This document shows, piece after piece, positions 14,481 to 28,323 of a DNA stretch of 64,000 bases. A model generated the notes under the pieces. The model did no database searches and was not told the DNA's origin. It saw nothing but the letters and a program-made list of their open reading frames with translations. A program made the position numbers and the translations under genes. Origin of the DNA: Octopus bimaculoides (taxonomy: Eukaryota). The stretch spans positions 32,423,145 to 32,487,144 of the forward strand of contig NC_068985.1 of NCBI RefSeq assembly GCF_001194135.2, in the 5' to 3' direction. Numbering within the stretch: position 1 is the stretch's first letter; every line of letters starts with the position of its first letter.

Positions 14481-17177
14481 TCAGAAATCTATCAAATGCC
14501 TAGCTGATATTTTTCTATTTACTATGTATAGCCACTTCATATTAATCTTCAGAGCGTCTTATAATTTAGTCCCTTTTCTAAGTCTTCTAAATTCATTAAC
14601 TTCATCTCACTTTGATTCTATAAAAATACTTTGTTTTTTCTTTATTTTTATGAAAATGATCTTAACAGCTGGTCATTTTGTGTTTGTAAAATGTGATGAA
14701 GGTTGGGGCTAGTTATCTTCAGAAGCCTAAAAGTGGATGTTGCAGTAATAATCTGCACTAATGTTATGAGATAAATGAAAAATTTTGAATAAGTAATTTT
14801 TCTTGGTAAAATTTTTTTAAAATTTAAATTTTGCTATTCCATACAAGTATCATGTCCGTGTTCAGCTCCAGATCAGCTTTATCATTTTTTTAATTTCAAA
14901 ACAAACTACATTATTGAATGTGTCTTTTTAAGATGGTAGTGTGTTTGTGGGAGATTTGGTTGTTCTTTCTAGGTCAACAGACTGCATAGAAATTCCCTGT
15001 GTAATTTGAGTAGGTAAAAATATATTAATAAAATAGTGCTGCAGAGTGTGCCTAAATGCATTTAAACTGGTAGGACGTATATATATATATATATATAAAA
15101 GATAATATGCTATCAGATTGGCATGATGTGAGGTTTCTTTGTTGAAGACTCACCCACTTATATTCATTAGCAGAGAAACTATTTTATTTAGTAATCATTA
15201 ATATCATTATTATTCTATTTTTCTTTATCAATAGTTTGTTTAAACATTTTAGTATCCTTGTAGTTCACTTGGCATCTTTATTATATCTCCTTCATGTACT
15301 TGTAGGTGAAGGTTGGCAGCCATGGATGACAAGCTAATACTTTGTACTTTTCAATATAGGACAGCCATTTTTCACTCAGGTGGCTGTTCCTGCTACAATG
15401 TAAAGGTATTACTTTTATCATTGAGCCTGTGTATGGTACTGTGAACACTTTATGCCAATCCCTCTTTTCTTTTGTGCTGCACTTCTCACCTTTGTGACCT
15501 TTAAACATTTCTTAGAGTCTTAATAGAATCTGTTTTGCTTTTCAACATTGACCCATTTTCCTTATGAAGATAAGCTAACCCTATTAATAATTTGTATTCA
15601 GAGTTAAAAAAAAGTATGAATATATTTTATTTTCCTCATATTTTGTAACTACCTTTTGCACTATACAATCTTAAAATTTGCTTTTTAAGATGTATATCTA
15701 TATGGAATTAATTTTCCCTAATTTCTGTTTTGGCAAAGCAGTCTTTAAAAAATATTTTGAACATTCTTTTTCAACTAGTCTTAACATAAACCAGCTGTTG
15801 ATTGTATTTTCTGTGATTGAAGAATTTCTTACATATTTTTTTCTTTTATAATTAATGTGTTATTTTGACTTTCTCAATAAAACTAACATATGTTCCTTTG
15901 TTTATAGAAATTAACAATTGAGGAAATAGGTACATGTAATGCTATGCTCTTTTATGTTCATTATTCTCCAAAATATTTTAAGTGTATTTAAGTCTTTTCT
16001 GTAGATAATGCCCCTCATTTACCATTTTCCTTGGTTTCACAATTTTTTTAAATTGGAAGAATACATTCTCTCTTTTTGCTACAAATGAATAAATATTGAG
16101 TTCCTATCTGCAATTTAGCTACTCTCTAAAATGACTTTATCATGGTTATATAATAATTTGTCCATCAGCTCTTTAGTTTCACAATTATTGTTAGCTGATA
16201 TCAGTTTCAAAATGAACTGTCAGGAACTGAGTACAGATCTGTTAAATTCAAACATAGAACTGACATATCTTTATATATGCTTATTGAGGTATTTTGTGGA
16301 CAGTGATAGGTTCTTTTGGCAATTATTTTCTTTTGTGTAGCAACTCTATACAAGCATACATACGTCCTCAATTCTTTATCAGGCCATGTCAATGCAACTG
16401 TCTTAAGTGTTCTTTCTTTTGAAATAAGATTCTTAGCACACATTTATTTATTCTATTGGCATAATAACTGAGACAGAGCTATGAAGAACTCATTGTTATT
16501 CATTTAAGATTTTATTGCAGATTTACACTGTATATAAGAAGCATAGTTCAAATTTACTAATTAAGCTGCCGGTCCTTATTTTGCACATCCATGGACAGCA
16601 TCATATTTAATATAAACTGATATATGCTATTGTATTAATGATAACTATTGCTCCAATAGATAACAGCTGTCTAAGGCAATTTGAAAAAAATGTAGTTAGA
16701 ACTTGTTTGGGTGGTAGTGTCAGGGTTATTTACTTGTATTTTAGTTTTGAAATATTTTTACTTTTGATTGTGTGAAACCTGGGGAGGATTTTCTTGCTCC
16801 TTGAGATATTTTATAATTTCTCTTTAATTCTTATCTAATGAAAATCTGACGGAATTTGGAATGTAGGGTTACACCATTTGTAGATACTTCCCTGTTGTAA
16901 ACCAGTGAAGAAAACTGTAGTCACTCAACCTACAAGAAATAGTAGTCAAATCTGACCCACACTATCTTAGTAAAAAAATGATACATGAGATAATGTGGTT
17001 CTGGGTTCCATATACATAGATGAGATGGTGATGGCTGGAATGACTTAGATTACAGGTCTATCCAATTAGAAGCTGACCTGGAACTAAACAACAACTACAG
17101 CTTTTATATTCCTATGCTCTCTGCTTTATTTAGACAACATGAAGAACCAAATAGAAGAAAATATGGATCTTTTTTAA

Positions 17178-17720
17178 AACGGGGGCTACATTTTTCATTA
17201 ACGAAACACTTTGAAACTTGGAACACTGGTAGAATGTGTCATATAAAACATCTTTTTCTCTTAGTCTTCTTAAAAAAAAACAGAAATCCATAAGTTATTC
17301 CATGTGAAAGTTGTCGTATTTCTGTAATTTCAACCAATCACTGACGTCCATCCAGCCGATATACATTAAGTGCCGACTACATAAACAAACAATTCTGAAA
17401 CAATTAACCCTAACCCTAACCGTAGGGTTAGGGTTAGGGTTAAAGCAAATTTAAAATGAAAACAGCAAATAAAACGAAGGTATGGAGATTAAATACGCTT
17501 TACATCGCTTAATCAGCCAAAGGAGTAAATGTAAACAACTGAATACTTGTCAGTGATTGGTTGAAATTATCGAAATAAGACAATTTTTTACATGAAATAA
17601 AGTCGAATACAAAAATATTTTTCTGTTCTATAACACAAAATAGATAAGCATACGAAGTTTGAAAGTCTTTCCGTACCAAAAACACTACGTAAAACATTAA
17701 TGAAAAATGTGGCCCCTGTT
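17178..17720. mobile_element. Fold-back MITE (543 bp) flanked by TTAA, with central inverted telomeric repeats
   Basis: Imperfect TIRs (aacgggggctacatttttcattaacg versus reverse complement aacaggggccacatttttcattaatg) with TTAA on each side. Internal 21-bp perfect inverted repeat (17325-17345 / 17549-17569) and a central (CCCTAA)n/(TTAGGG)n palindrome. Confidence 0.85.
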
Positions 17721-20142
17721 TTAAAATAGATCTGAAAATATTGCCAGATTTAAAACTGGATGCTATTCATAGGAGATTGGTTGGAATTTTATTATAAGAA
17801 ATGAATTGCATGCTGATCCTTTCAGGTGTTCTTGTAAATAACTTCATTATGGAATACTTTCTCTGTAAGATAAAGAATGTGGTTCCTCTTATCGTATCAG
17901 TAAACTCATAATACAAAGATTATGAGTTTCTTGAGGGATATTGGATTTGTTGTTTGTATAAAGTTATGTTAGAGTACTTTGAAAATGCTTTTACTTGGGA
18001 TAGTTACTTTAAAAATTATTTTTTATAATGTGGTTAAAAAAGTTACCGAAACCTATATGAAAATGCTAAATGGGAGGTTAGGATGGTCACTTTGATAATT
18101 GATAAATTTACATTTGATGTTAAAAAAAAATTCTCAGGCTTCTCCAGTTTATTCTGTTTTTAAAATTCAGATTATGATAACAACTGGTAAGCAATTTTCA
18201 GAACTGAATATAATAAAACAAGTTCTAAAATACATATGGTAGGGAATAAATAAGAATTGTAAAACAAGTTGAGTCCAAGAGTTATGTGAAATCTAAGACC
18301 AAAAGCAAACACTTTCCATTATTCTAATGTACTAATGCAACAAACATTGACAACTAAAACCCAAATCTATGATTGGTTGCAGGAAGCGATAAATTATTTA
18401 ACTATGCTGACTACCATTGTTCAGCCAATAATATATTCCAGCATACTCCCAACTATGAAATAAGTGAAAGAATTTGGAATTGTTATCTATTTAGACAAAT
18501 ACAAAGATAAGTGTTGCACTGTGTTAATGAACCATTTTGTGAAAAATGGAATACTTAGGGATGAATTAGCTGAGTATGATACATTCATTGGATTTGTGAC
18601 AGATTAATAAAAACAAAACTGCATGCAATGGAACTGAAAGAACAATTAGAGGTATTGAATGACTGGAGAGATTGTTATGATGACAACGAAAATAATTCAA
18701 TACCAAGTGGTATAGTTCTGATAAAATATCCTGGATATGATATTTTAGATGATTTATTTTCAAGTTCATTCTAGGCAACTTTAAAATTTAACTTCACTTT
18801 TGCATTTTGTTATTGATTTTCATACTAGAAACAATGTTAAAATTCAAATGTATTTTGCTAATTTTAGCTTTACAACTGGTATATTTCTATTTATTTTTTT
18901 AACAATTAATATGGCTCATGATGTAACAAATTACCATATTGACACTATAGTTTGGATATATTTAAATTACTGAAAAAGATTGAAACTGTTTTATGCCTAA
19001 AATAAAGTGCTAAAAAGTTTGTATATGTGATCTTTTGTGTTAGAATATTATATAATTTTTTTCTGACTGGTGCATAAGTAGTCTCTCACTTATATTTATG
19101 AAGTAGTCCTGTTTTAACAGTTTTCTTGGACCATTTTATGTAACATAAACTAAGTATAAAATGCAAATAACAATATAAATTTTTCTCAGAGAAAGTTATG
19201 AGTAAAGCTAAGTTTTTAAAATTAGACAAGGGTGGATATTTGTGATTTCTCATTTTTTTTAGACATTGTTTGATATTATTATACATTGAGAAATTCAGAC
19301 TGGTGTTCTTATAGTAGTATAGTCATGTTTCAGCTATTGTACTTTTTCAGGTCGCTGTCACGTTCAATAATTTTCTCAGAATTTCAAACTGAAACGTCTA
19401 TTAAAATCCACAGTGGTAAATTGTTCTCTTTCTATTGTCTGCACCAAGGATATTCTATTTCTTATCGCTCTACTTGTGATTTTGTTTGCTAACTTGTTCT
19501 CTCGAACTAGAGGGTATGTACCAACTCACACCCACTAGCTAAACTGCCACATTTACATTCACTATTCCACTAGAGCCATTTTTTTATGGTATGGACAGCA
19601 GAATGAGAACATAAATTCACAAAAGGTTTCAGTTCAAAATTCTGAGAATCATATTGAATGTGAAAGCTGAAGAGTACATAGTCAAATCATTGTGCTTATA
19701 ACAGCCAAGGTAACACTACTTCAAATATGTCAGTGTGTAATTCTAGTGAAGTTGTATCAAATTTAGGCATTGAAAGTTTTCGATAATGAAGCTATGTCAA
19801 CATTTCTTTACTGACAAAAGTTATATTTGCTTGAATTTGTTTTCAGTATTTATTACCCATAAATGTTTATATCTACGTGTGTGATAATAATTTTTTATCT
19901 GGTGTTTACTGATGTTTAATGACCAAGAAATTAGAAAGGAAGCTAAAGCTTTTGATAGTATCTTCCTCTTATGAAAGGAACAGCCTCTTACCAAAGGAAC
20001 AGCCCAAATTCTCTTTCTGTATAAAAGAGAAAATATATAATTTAGATCAAAGTTGTAAAATGATGCAGGGTTAGGATACATAGAAATGTACTGCATTGCA
20101 GACATGATCAACCCATGGCAGCTTGAGAAAAAAAAGAATATC

Positions 20143-20146
<4 letters not shown>

Positions 20147-20194
<48 letters not shown>

Positions 20195-20222
20195 TTACAT
20201 ACATACATACATACATACATAC
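20147..20222. repeat. Compound (CT)n + (ACAT)n microsatellite
   Basis: Direct inspection. Confidence 0.9.
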
Positions 20223-21855
20223 GTGCCTGTATACAAGTTGATGCACCTGAAAAAAGCATTTCAGTTTTAGATTTTTTTTTTTTCATCACATTTCAAACAG
20301 TCATTGGCTATCATTTAATTTTCGCTGGATGAAACGGATCTAAGAAAACTTGTATTTCATATTATTATTTATATTTAGTTTGGTAAAAATTGAAAGTAGT
20401 ATAACCATATATGCTGTGAAGAAATATTTTGATGTTAATGAAACTGATGTTTCAGATTTAACATTGAAGTTGACTACTGCAAATTCATCACACCTGATCT
20501 TTTGGACATAACATTGTACATTATTACATTTTATGTCTTATTACTTCTCATAGGATAATTTTTTATTTGAAAAGTTAGCCAGAATTATTAATATCACTTT
20601 AGTCAATGACTTTCAGAAAGTTTCTATTTGTGCTGGAATACCTGTATGATTAAAATCACTTTGCAGATCTGTTGTATTATTTCCTTAACTAAAGAGTGAA
20701 ATTTGATTGAGGGAATTCATAGAACTTATCAAATGTGTATATTTGTATGTATAGATTGATAGATATGGGATGGCAGAATTGGTACATTGAATGAAGATAT
20801 CATGTGGTATTTCTTTTGCTTCAGTCACCTCTCTTGTGTTCAGTTAACTGGTTTTCAACCCCTATGGGAGAGATAAAAACAAAAACTAGACAACTTAATA
20901 AGTAGATTTAATATAGTAGATTCAAATCCTTAAATGACATAGAAGTATATGGATATTTCTTATGTAATAGGAGTATATCTTAAGCATTATTATGGGAGAC
21001 ACTATATCTAATGTATATCTTAAGCGTTATTGTTTCCATTGGAAAATTTTTTCATGGTATCTGTTCATTGAAACAGTATAAGTCTAATGTGACATGGTCT
21101 AGACTGCATGTGAATGACCCAAAAAGATCAGAAGAATCAAAGGTGGTAATGTTTCTGAGGAGCATATGTGGTGAGAAGTAAAGTGAAAAGAATTAATAAA
21201 AGATTGATCAGAGAGAAGCTTAACAATTCCTGGTGTAGTATAACAGTCTGGCACAAATCTCTCTATCCCAGAGATAGAACAGACAACTTTGCTTGGTATT
21301 TTCAGTTTCAGATGGATACATTGAAACTAGGGTAAATTATTTTATAGATATTGTAATTCTTCCAAACTGTTAATTGCCATATCTTTGATACTAACTGCTT
21401 CGTTTAATATTAGATTGTACTTTATTTTGCTACATGTCAAGTTTAGTATCTAATTTTCCATATTTCTTTTAGATAGGTCTGCTGAGCTACTGTAATCTTC
21501 ATAGCAAGCATTAGTAGGTATGATAAAACAATAGTGTTGGTTTGTGTAACTGGATATATTTTTTAATTAATAGAAGGAAAGGAAGAAGATAATATGATAT
21601 AATATAACATAGCTGTGTTGAGAATCTCAAATAATTCAACTGCAAACATGTTCAAATAAGTTTCAACGGACTTAAAATTATGAGTTACCCATGTCATTAG
21701 GAATGTTAAAGATATACGATAGTTTCAGGTAATTGTTCAGTTTACATATGCAAAGTAAGAAAAAATTACTTTCAAGTGAGTATAAAACCTTTCTGATTCA
21801 TAAAGACTTTTGCATTTGTTTGTGAAGACTTTTCTGTTATTTAGATAAGAAATTT

Positions 21856-21857
<2 letters not shown>

Positions 21858-21911
<54 letters not shown>

Positions 21912-22071
21912 NNNNNNNNNNNNNNNNNNNNNNNNNNNNNNNNNNNNNNNNNNNNNNNNNNNNNNNNNNNNNNNNNNNNNNNNNNNNNNNNNNNNNNNNN
22001 NNNNNNNNNNNNNNNNNNNNNNNNNNNNNNNNNNNNNNNNNNNNNNNNNNNNNNNNNCTCTCCCCCTCTCC

Positions 22072-22101
<30 letters not shown>
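21858..22101. repeat. (CT)n/(TA)n microsatellite spanning an N-gap
   Basis: Direct inspection; gap length is a placeholder. Confidence 0.9.
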
Positions 22102-22102
<1 letters not shown>

Positions 22103-22149
22103 CTATTTTTTTAATTTTATCTAGTTTCAGCTCACAAGCTGTGGCCATG

Positions 22150-22990
22150 CCATTTGGTGTTGCTATGTAATTTTACTCCATGAATGCTTTTCAAGAATTG
22201 ACATTTGGTGCATGAGTTTGATGCAGCTGCTCTCATTTGCGCCTCCTGTCGTGAAGTTGGTTCATCTGGGACACTTAACAGGAAGAGGTCCAGCTTTATT
22301 TTGAAGACACTTACATCCACCCCATGCACGTCTCTTAGGTCCTTCGGGAGGATATTGAAGAGCTGTGGACTTCTGAAGCCCAGGCTATTGCAGTATCTTG
22401 TCCTACATCTCCATGGCAAATTTGGAGTCCTTGGCACTATGCAGTGGTGCCCAGTTCTAGTATTTGTGTAACTCTTGATACCAAAGTTTGGGACAAGTCC
22501 TTCCAGGGTCTTCCATATGTATATTATGACATATCTTTCTCGCCTATGCTCTAAGGAATAGAGTCTTAACCTCTTGAGTCTTTCCCAATAGCTTAGAGGC
22601 TATCTTCTTCATAGAGGCTATCCTCTTTGTGTAGCTTCATTGGATTGCCTCAAGTTCTGAGATTAATTTGACACTGGTTGGTGACAATAGCTGAGAGCAA
22701 TAGTCAAAGTGGCTTAGGACAGGTGTCCTGCAGAGGACCATCATGGTTTCCTGATCTCTTGTTCTAAAAGTTCTAAAAATCCATCTGGTCAGCCGCCTGC
22801 ATTTCATTGCCAATTTAGCAACATGCACATGAAAGGATGCATCACTACTCATGTAAATGCCCAGGTCTCGCACAGACTGTGCCTCTGAGATTGCAATCCC
22901 TCCAGGTCCAATGTATTTAATGGGTATTGCATTTAGTTTTGCATGCTGATAGCACAAGTTGAATTTATCGTTAACATCTTATGAAACTAA
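22150..22990 (-). mobile_element. CR1-clade LINE 3' fragment (post-RT region of ORF2)
   Basis: Minus-strand ORFs contain SVRDLGIYMSSDASFHVHV, PVLSHFDYCSQLLSP..ELEAIQ and FKIKLDLFL, typical of CR1/L2 ORF2 C-termini. Confidence 0.75.
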
Positions 22991-23028
22991 ATTTATAAGT
23001 TCTAAAATTGCAGAAGAATTCGTTGCTG

Positions 23029-23100
23029 GGCAGTTTAGTTTAATGGTAAAACACTTGACATGTAATCACAGAGATGTGAGTTCGAGTCTCATGGCTGGTC
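23029..23100 (+). pseudogene. tRNA-like sequence (Thr TGT-like pseudo-tRNA or SINE head)
   Basis: 72 nt with a D-stem GTTT/AAAC, TGT in the anticodon position, T-arm GTGAG-TTCGAGT-CTCAT. Acceptor and anticodon stems are mismatched and position 33 is A, so it is unlikely to be functional. Confidence 0.55.
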
Positions 23101-23557
23101 GGTAACATATTTTTCTTTTTTATGGATAATTTATCCTGATCACGCTATTTTTTGCATTATCACACGTTTGAGAAATAAATTTATTTCTGTTTCTTATATA
23201 TGTATATATATATGTATGTATATATATGTGTGTATATGTATATAGGTGTGTATGTGTATATATGTATATATATATATGTATATATATATATGTATANNNN
23301 NNNNNNNNNNNNNNNNNNNNNNNNNNNNNNNNNNNNNNNNNNNNNNNNNNNNNNNNNNNNNNNNNNNNNNNNNNNNNNNNNNNNNNNNNNNNNNNNTAGG
23401 CAGTGAAGAGAAGCCGTCATAAGTAAACTTTTAACTACCTCTATTCTTTTCTCCCCCTCTCTCACTCTCTAAAACGCATACACGTGCAAGTACACAATCA
23501 TTCAGTAAAATATAACTCATGTTCGTCAATGTTTTGTGAGTATACCACGATTTTCAC

Positions 23558-23663
23558 TAGGGTGTTAGGGTTACGGTTAGGGTTAGTGTTACGGTTACGG
23601 TTTTAGGGTTTAGGGTTAGTGTTAGGGTTAGTGTTAGGATTAGGTTTAGGATTAGGGTTGGGT
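23558..23663 (+). repeat. Degenerate interstitial telomere-like (TTAGGG)n array
   Basis: About 17 hexamers mixing TTAGGG, TTACGG, TTAGTG, TTAGGA and TTAGGT. Confidence 0.9.
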
Positions 23664-24562
23664 AATCATGCGGGTGTTAATCTGAAAAATTACAGATATG
23701 TGAAAAGTACCGACCTGCCATCTATTATAACTTTTGTTGTTCTGTTTAATATATACATAGATTATGCCTCCAAAGAAGAGAGTTTGCTGGGGAAAGAAAG
23801 CAACCGGTTTAAAGTGGCAGCAACAGACTGCAGCAATTCACCACATTCCAGAAGTTACTTTGAACATAATGCAAAATGGTGCATCAACATCTTCTGCCCA
23901 ATCTGATAGAACTCTGGCAAAACTGTGTAGCAACAGATCGCCAGCAATTGCTTCATCACAAATTGCCGTCCTAGCTCCTGCGAAAAGGGATTACCCTGCT
24001 ATGTATAATCAGGGCAGCGCAAAAAGTTGTTTTGCACAAGCATTTCTATAGCCAATTAGACAGATGAAATTTGCATACGCTTAATAATTTTTCCCTATTA
24101 ATTTCATCGTCTTTTGAATTATGAACATATTTACATCATAAGGGTTTTTTTGTTGTAAGGCTTTCTTTTTTAGTTGATTTTCACCTTGCAAGACTTATCG
24201 TAGATGGCGTAATAAGTCACACCCAGACAAGGTCAGGTTATATATGTATATGTATATATATATATAATTATACATATACATATAATTATAAGCATAATTA
24301 TAATTAGTGTTCAGAAAATTGCTTCACCACATACCAAATTTAGAAATAGCTGTTAAATACTATACCTCTACCATAAGATATTTCCCAGACAGCAATACTC
24401 GTATTTTACATAGGTAAAGAGAAAAAATAACGAATCTACACAACTTTGATTAACTTCATACACGTTTCTGGATTAAAGAGATGTAATATTCATATTTACT
24501 CACTTATTTCCCTCTTCAGTGTAGTATTTTGCAACAAATCAGCATTTTATTACTACAACATG

Positions 24563-24782
24563 AAGGTGGCGAGCTGGCAGAATTGTTAGCACACTGGACG
24601 AAATACTTAGTGGTATTTCGCCTGTCGCTACGTTCTGAGTTCAAACTCTGCTGAGATCAACTGTACTTTTCATCCTCTTAGGGTCGATAAATTAAGTACC
24701 AGTTGTGTACTGGGGGGAGGGGGGTATGTAATTGACTACCCTCCTCCCCAAAATTTCAGGCCTTGTGCCTATAATAGAAAGG
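24563..24782 (+). mobile_element. tRNA-derived SINE, family B
   Basis: ggtggcgagctggcaga head, gagttcaaa box B-like motif, gtcgataaattaagtaccag body and aaatttcaggccttgtgcct tail; reverse-complement match to 28324-28525. Confidence 0.85.
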
Positions 24783-27180
24783 ATTTCACACAACCAGCTA
24801 TGACATGAGTAAAAGAAAGATGCTTTTACAGTGTTGGTTAACCTGCTAGACATAGCAGCCAAATTTTCTACAACTTAAACAATGATACAGTCTGTCTGAG
24901 TGAATGACGTGATGATCAGTTAGAATGCATTATTGGCCTGCTCAATCAGATCTGATGTGGTAATAAACAGCAATCAATCAACCAATAGCAGAATGTATGA
25001 TGGAGAGTGCAGTGCATTTTGAAGTTCCTCTGCTACCAGGTCTGTGAATTGTACTCTAGCAATTGCTTGGTTATCTTCACACATAGATCTACTTTAGCAA
25101 AACCAATGAGGGTTACTCAATATATGAAGTTACATGTATATATATTTTAAGAACAAAGCCACACTCGCCTTCACTTGCAGTCATTTTAAATCCATTTGAA
25201 GGATCCAGTGATCTACCTTCTTTAGGTTGTTATTGGCTGGTTTTAATATACACTCACTCCATTACCTTCTTGTAAATATTGATGTTTCTTTTTCAAAGTT
25301 CCTGCATTTTAGATATATTCTATAAATCATAATAGCTTCTGAAATTTTTGCATCCTTTACTGCCTATATTTCACAGTTTAGTAGCATAATACGTCTAATG
25401 CATTATATTGGAAAATATTTCCTTAATAACAAAAGTAGTTCTCTTACTTTGTATCTCCTATTTTATGACAGTAAGTAAACTGAAAGGCTATGAACAGTTG
25501 TCTGTATCTGTTGATTATAATATTTAGTTTCAGATGCAAAATTAAAAAAATCCATGTAATCTTGATTTATCTTGTGAATATTTAATTTCTAGTATTTTTG
25601 TTTGTTTTATATATTTTGGTCTAGTTCTCTTTTTTTCTTATCTATTCATGGATGTTCTATAAATATCTGTTGTAAAGTATACTTGCTTACAGCTTGGGAA
25701 TTTTCCAAATGTCAAAATTCTTCCTGGCACCAATTTGCTATACCTGAAAGCCTTTTCTATTTTGGACTTCTGTTTTTCTTTATGCTCAATTTTTTGTCTT
25801 GAATGAACTTCAGAATTATTTAAGTCATTTACATTCAGAAATATCATTACTAGTATTTGATGTAATACAATTACATATATGAGGTTTACCTTTCGACCAG
25901 TTTTAAACAGAACTTCACTATTTTAAGTAATTTTCTGCTAAAATATTCAGTTACTTTTAGAATAATTGGATATTTCAGATTTGGATTGTTTTTTTTTTTA
26001 GTGATTAGATATTATTTAGGATGAAAGGAAAACTCATTAAATTGGAGATTTCTGCCACTTAATGCTATATTATTGTTATAGGAAGAAATTTTTATAAAAG
26101 AATGCATAGTTAGAGAAATTAACTTAATTTTCACAAATGTATAAATGCTTTTAAGTACTTAGTCACAAATTTGCTAGGTACTTATTTCTTCCTGAACACA
26201 ACCTCTAGCTTCTGAGAGCTTTGTCCTTTTGTAATCAAAAAGTAAACACAAACCCTACTCCAATGTGATTGTACCTCATTGCCAAGGCTTGAATAAGAAA
26301 ATAAAGATTTTTTTATGCAATAGAACAGAAAACTGCTCAAAAGCAACACTACAACCTGCAGTTTACTCATTAGAATAAAACCTGTCCAAGATTTAGAGAA
26401 AACTAAATTATTACATATTTATCTTACATTTTTTTAAATGTAAGATTAAATTAAGAAACTGATCAGTAGGGAATTAGAAACTGCTAAATTTATATGACAT
26501 GAGAAAGATAGCTACTAAGGAAAATTATACAAATCAAATAAACAATGCATACAGCTTTTAACCCAGTAGGCCTAGTGCAAACTTAAGTACAATATAGCAG
26601 CCATTGCTGGAATGAGCTAAAGTATTTAAAAAATTGCACTGTTGTCCCATTAAAATCATTAAAAAATTGAGTAGAAATAAAGGTTTTCTGTTAAAATACA
26701 ATTTCAAAATAGAAATCAAACAAGTTGAAATGCAGTTGAAGTATAGAAGACAAATTTATAAAAGATGCACCATAGTTCACTTGCATATATGATCTGGTAA
26801 CATGTATCATGTAAATGTAGTTTTAAAAATTTTTTCATTCTTGAAACAATTTTTTGGTATTATATATTAGAATTTCAATCTTTACTGCTAAATTTTTCTT
26901 TTTCATTGGTTATATGTTGTATCCTCCAGCACTTCAAGTGTCTGTCATGTTAGGTAACATTCTCAGAATTTTTGAATTAAAACATTTATTAAATCCACAG
27001 GAGTAGATTGTTCTCAATCTATTGTCTATAACTGAGATATTCTATTATCCTCCAACTTGAAATGTTGCTTCTTTGTTTCACTTGAACGAAAATATACGTA
27101 TTGTTTTGGCTGACCCAGAGATTGAACTGAAGCCCACTATCTGAACTATAACACTTAACACAAATATAAAGGTCCAGAAT

Positions 27181-27960
27181 AGTGGTTCCCAAATGTTTTT
27201 GGACTGCTCCCCCCTTGACACCAGGTCACATTCCTTGCATCACCCATCACACACACATCACAACAAACATACACCCCTTTCTACTGAAAATTCCAGCGAA
27301 CTTTGGCCTCAGCTCAAATGTCATTTTAAAGTGAAACCAATCCTTCCTCCACAATTCTTGTTTCTTCATTACTAGTATTTTAATCAAAAATAAATATCCT
27401 GAAGTCTGTCAGACATGTCTCAGTGCAGCTCATCCAGGTGTAAGCAATATACATGAATGTCATCATCTGGTATGTGCTTTTCCTTCTCTAGTTCAGAGTG
27501 GCTGGAAAAATGGAAGAACTAATGACTGCTTATGTTACATTTGAATAACTGCAACTTGGACAGAAATGTGGAGGGGGCTGATTTTACTTTGATAAAGTTT
27601 CATCTTTTTTCCTTGCAGTTTGCCAATCAACTTTATTGAACAATATCTGTCATAGAAGCAATGTCATGCTTGATGTTTCTTAGTTCATCACAAAGAACAG
27701 AATAAGAGAGTCTTGCAAGAATTCAACAACTATTTTAAAAAGGGAATAGAAACTTTCATACAGTTTCTCTTTGACAGCCATTGAATTTCTCTCTGCAACA
27801 ACATATGTTCAAAATCTTCATCTTCAGTGCAAAACTTTTGAAACAGTGAGGAATTGAGAGCATGCCTCTCATGTGCTCTGATAATGTTAACTCTAACACT
27901 TAAGTTATTTGAAACAAGATGTTGCTTGTGGTTTATAGGGTGTGCTGTAAACACGCTAGA
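27181..27960 (-). mobile_element. hAT (Buster/Charlie-type) transposase relic
   Basis: Minus-strand translation VNIIRAHERHALNSSLFQKFCTEDEDFEHMLLQREIQWLSK resembles the Buster/ZBED5/SCAND3 motif VNFI..LNSRLF..LC....H..LL.HTEVRWLS. agtggttcccaaa at 27181 resembles a Charlie-type terminal repeat. Confidence 0.6.
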
Positions 27961-28323
27961 TAATAGCTTTTCAATAAACTGATAAAGCAGTGATGACAAC
28001 CTGTGTATATGCATGTACAACATAATGTAGACACATACATACACATATATGTACACACACATGTGTGTATTGATAAATTTGTATACGTAAAGCAAACAAT
28101 TATAGGGCGACTTTCATAACACAGAAAACTTACACTGGTAGTCTTGAATCTTAGTTTGCCAATATTGAAAGGGTATGCAATACTCTAACTTCTAAAGAAC
28201 AGAAATTTATCAATTGAGTCTACAAACTGATTTTGGCTCTCATTTGAAGCCAGTTTATTCTACTTATGCTGAAAATCTTTATTATTGTTCCTTGATAAGC
28301 TTTTCAAGATTCTTTTCTACTCT

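Noticed and set aside
23558-23663. Possible chromosome end or true telomere
   Set aside because: Short, degenerate and internal, with ordinary sequence on both sides.
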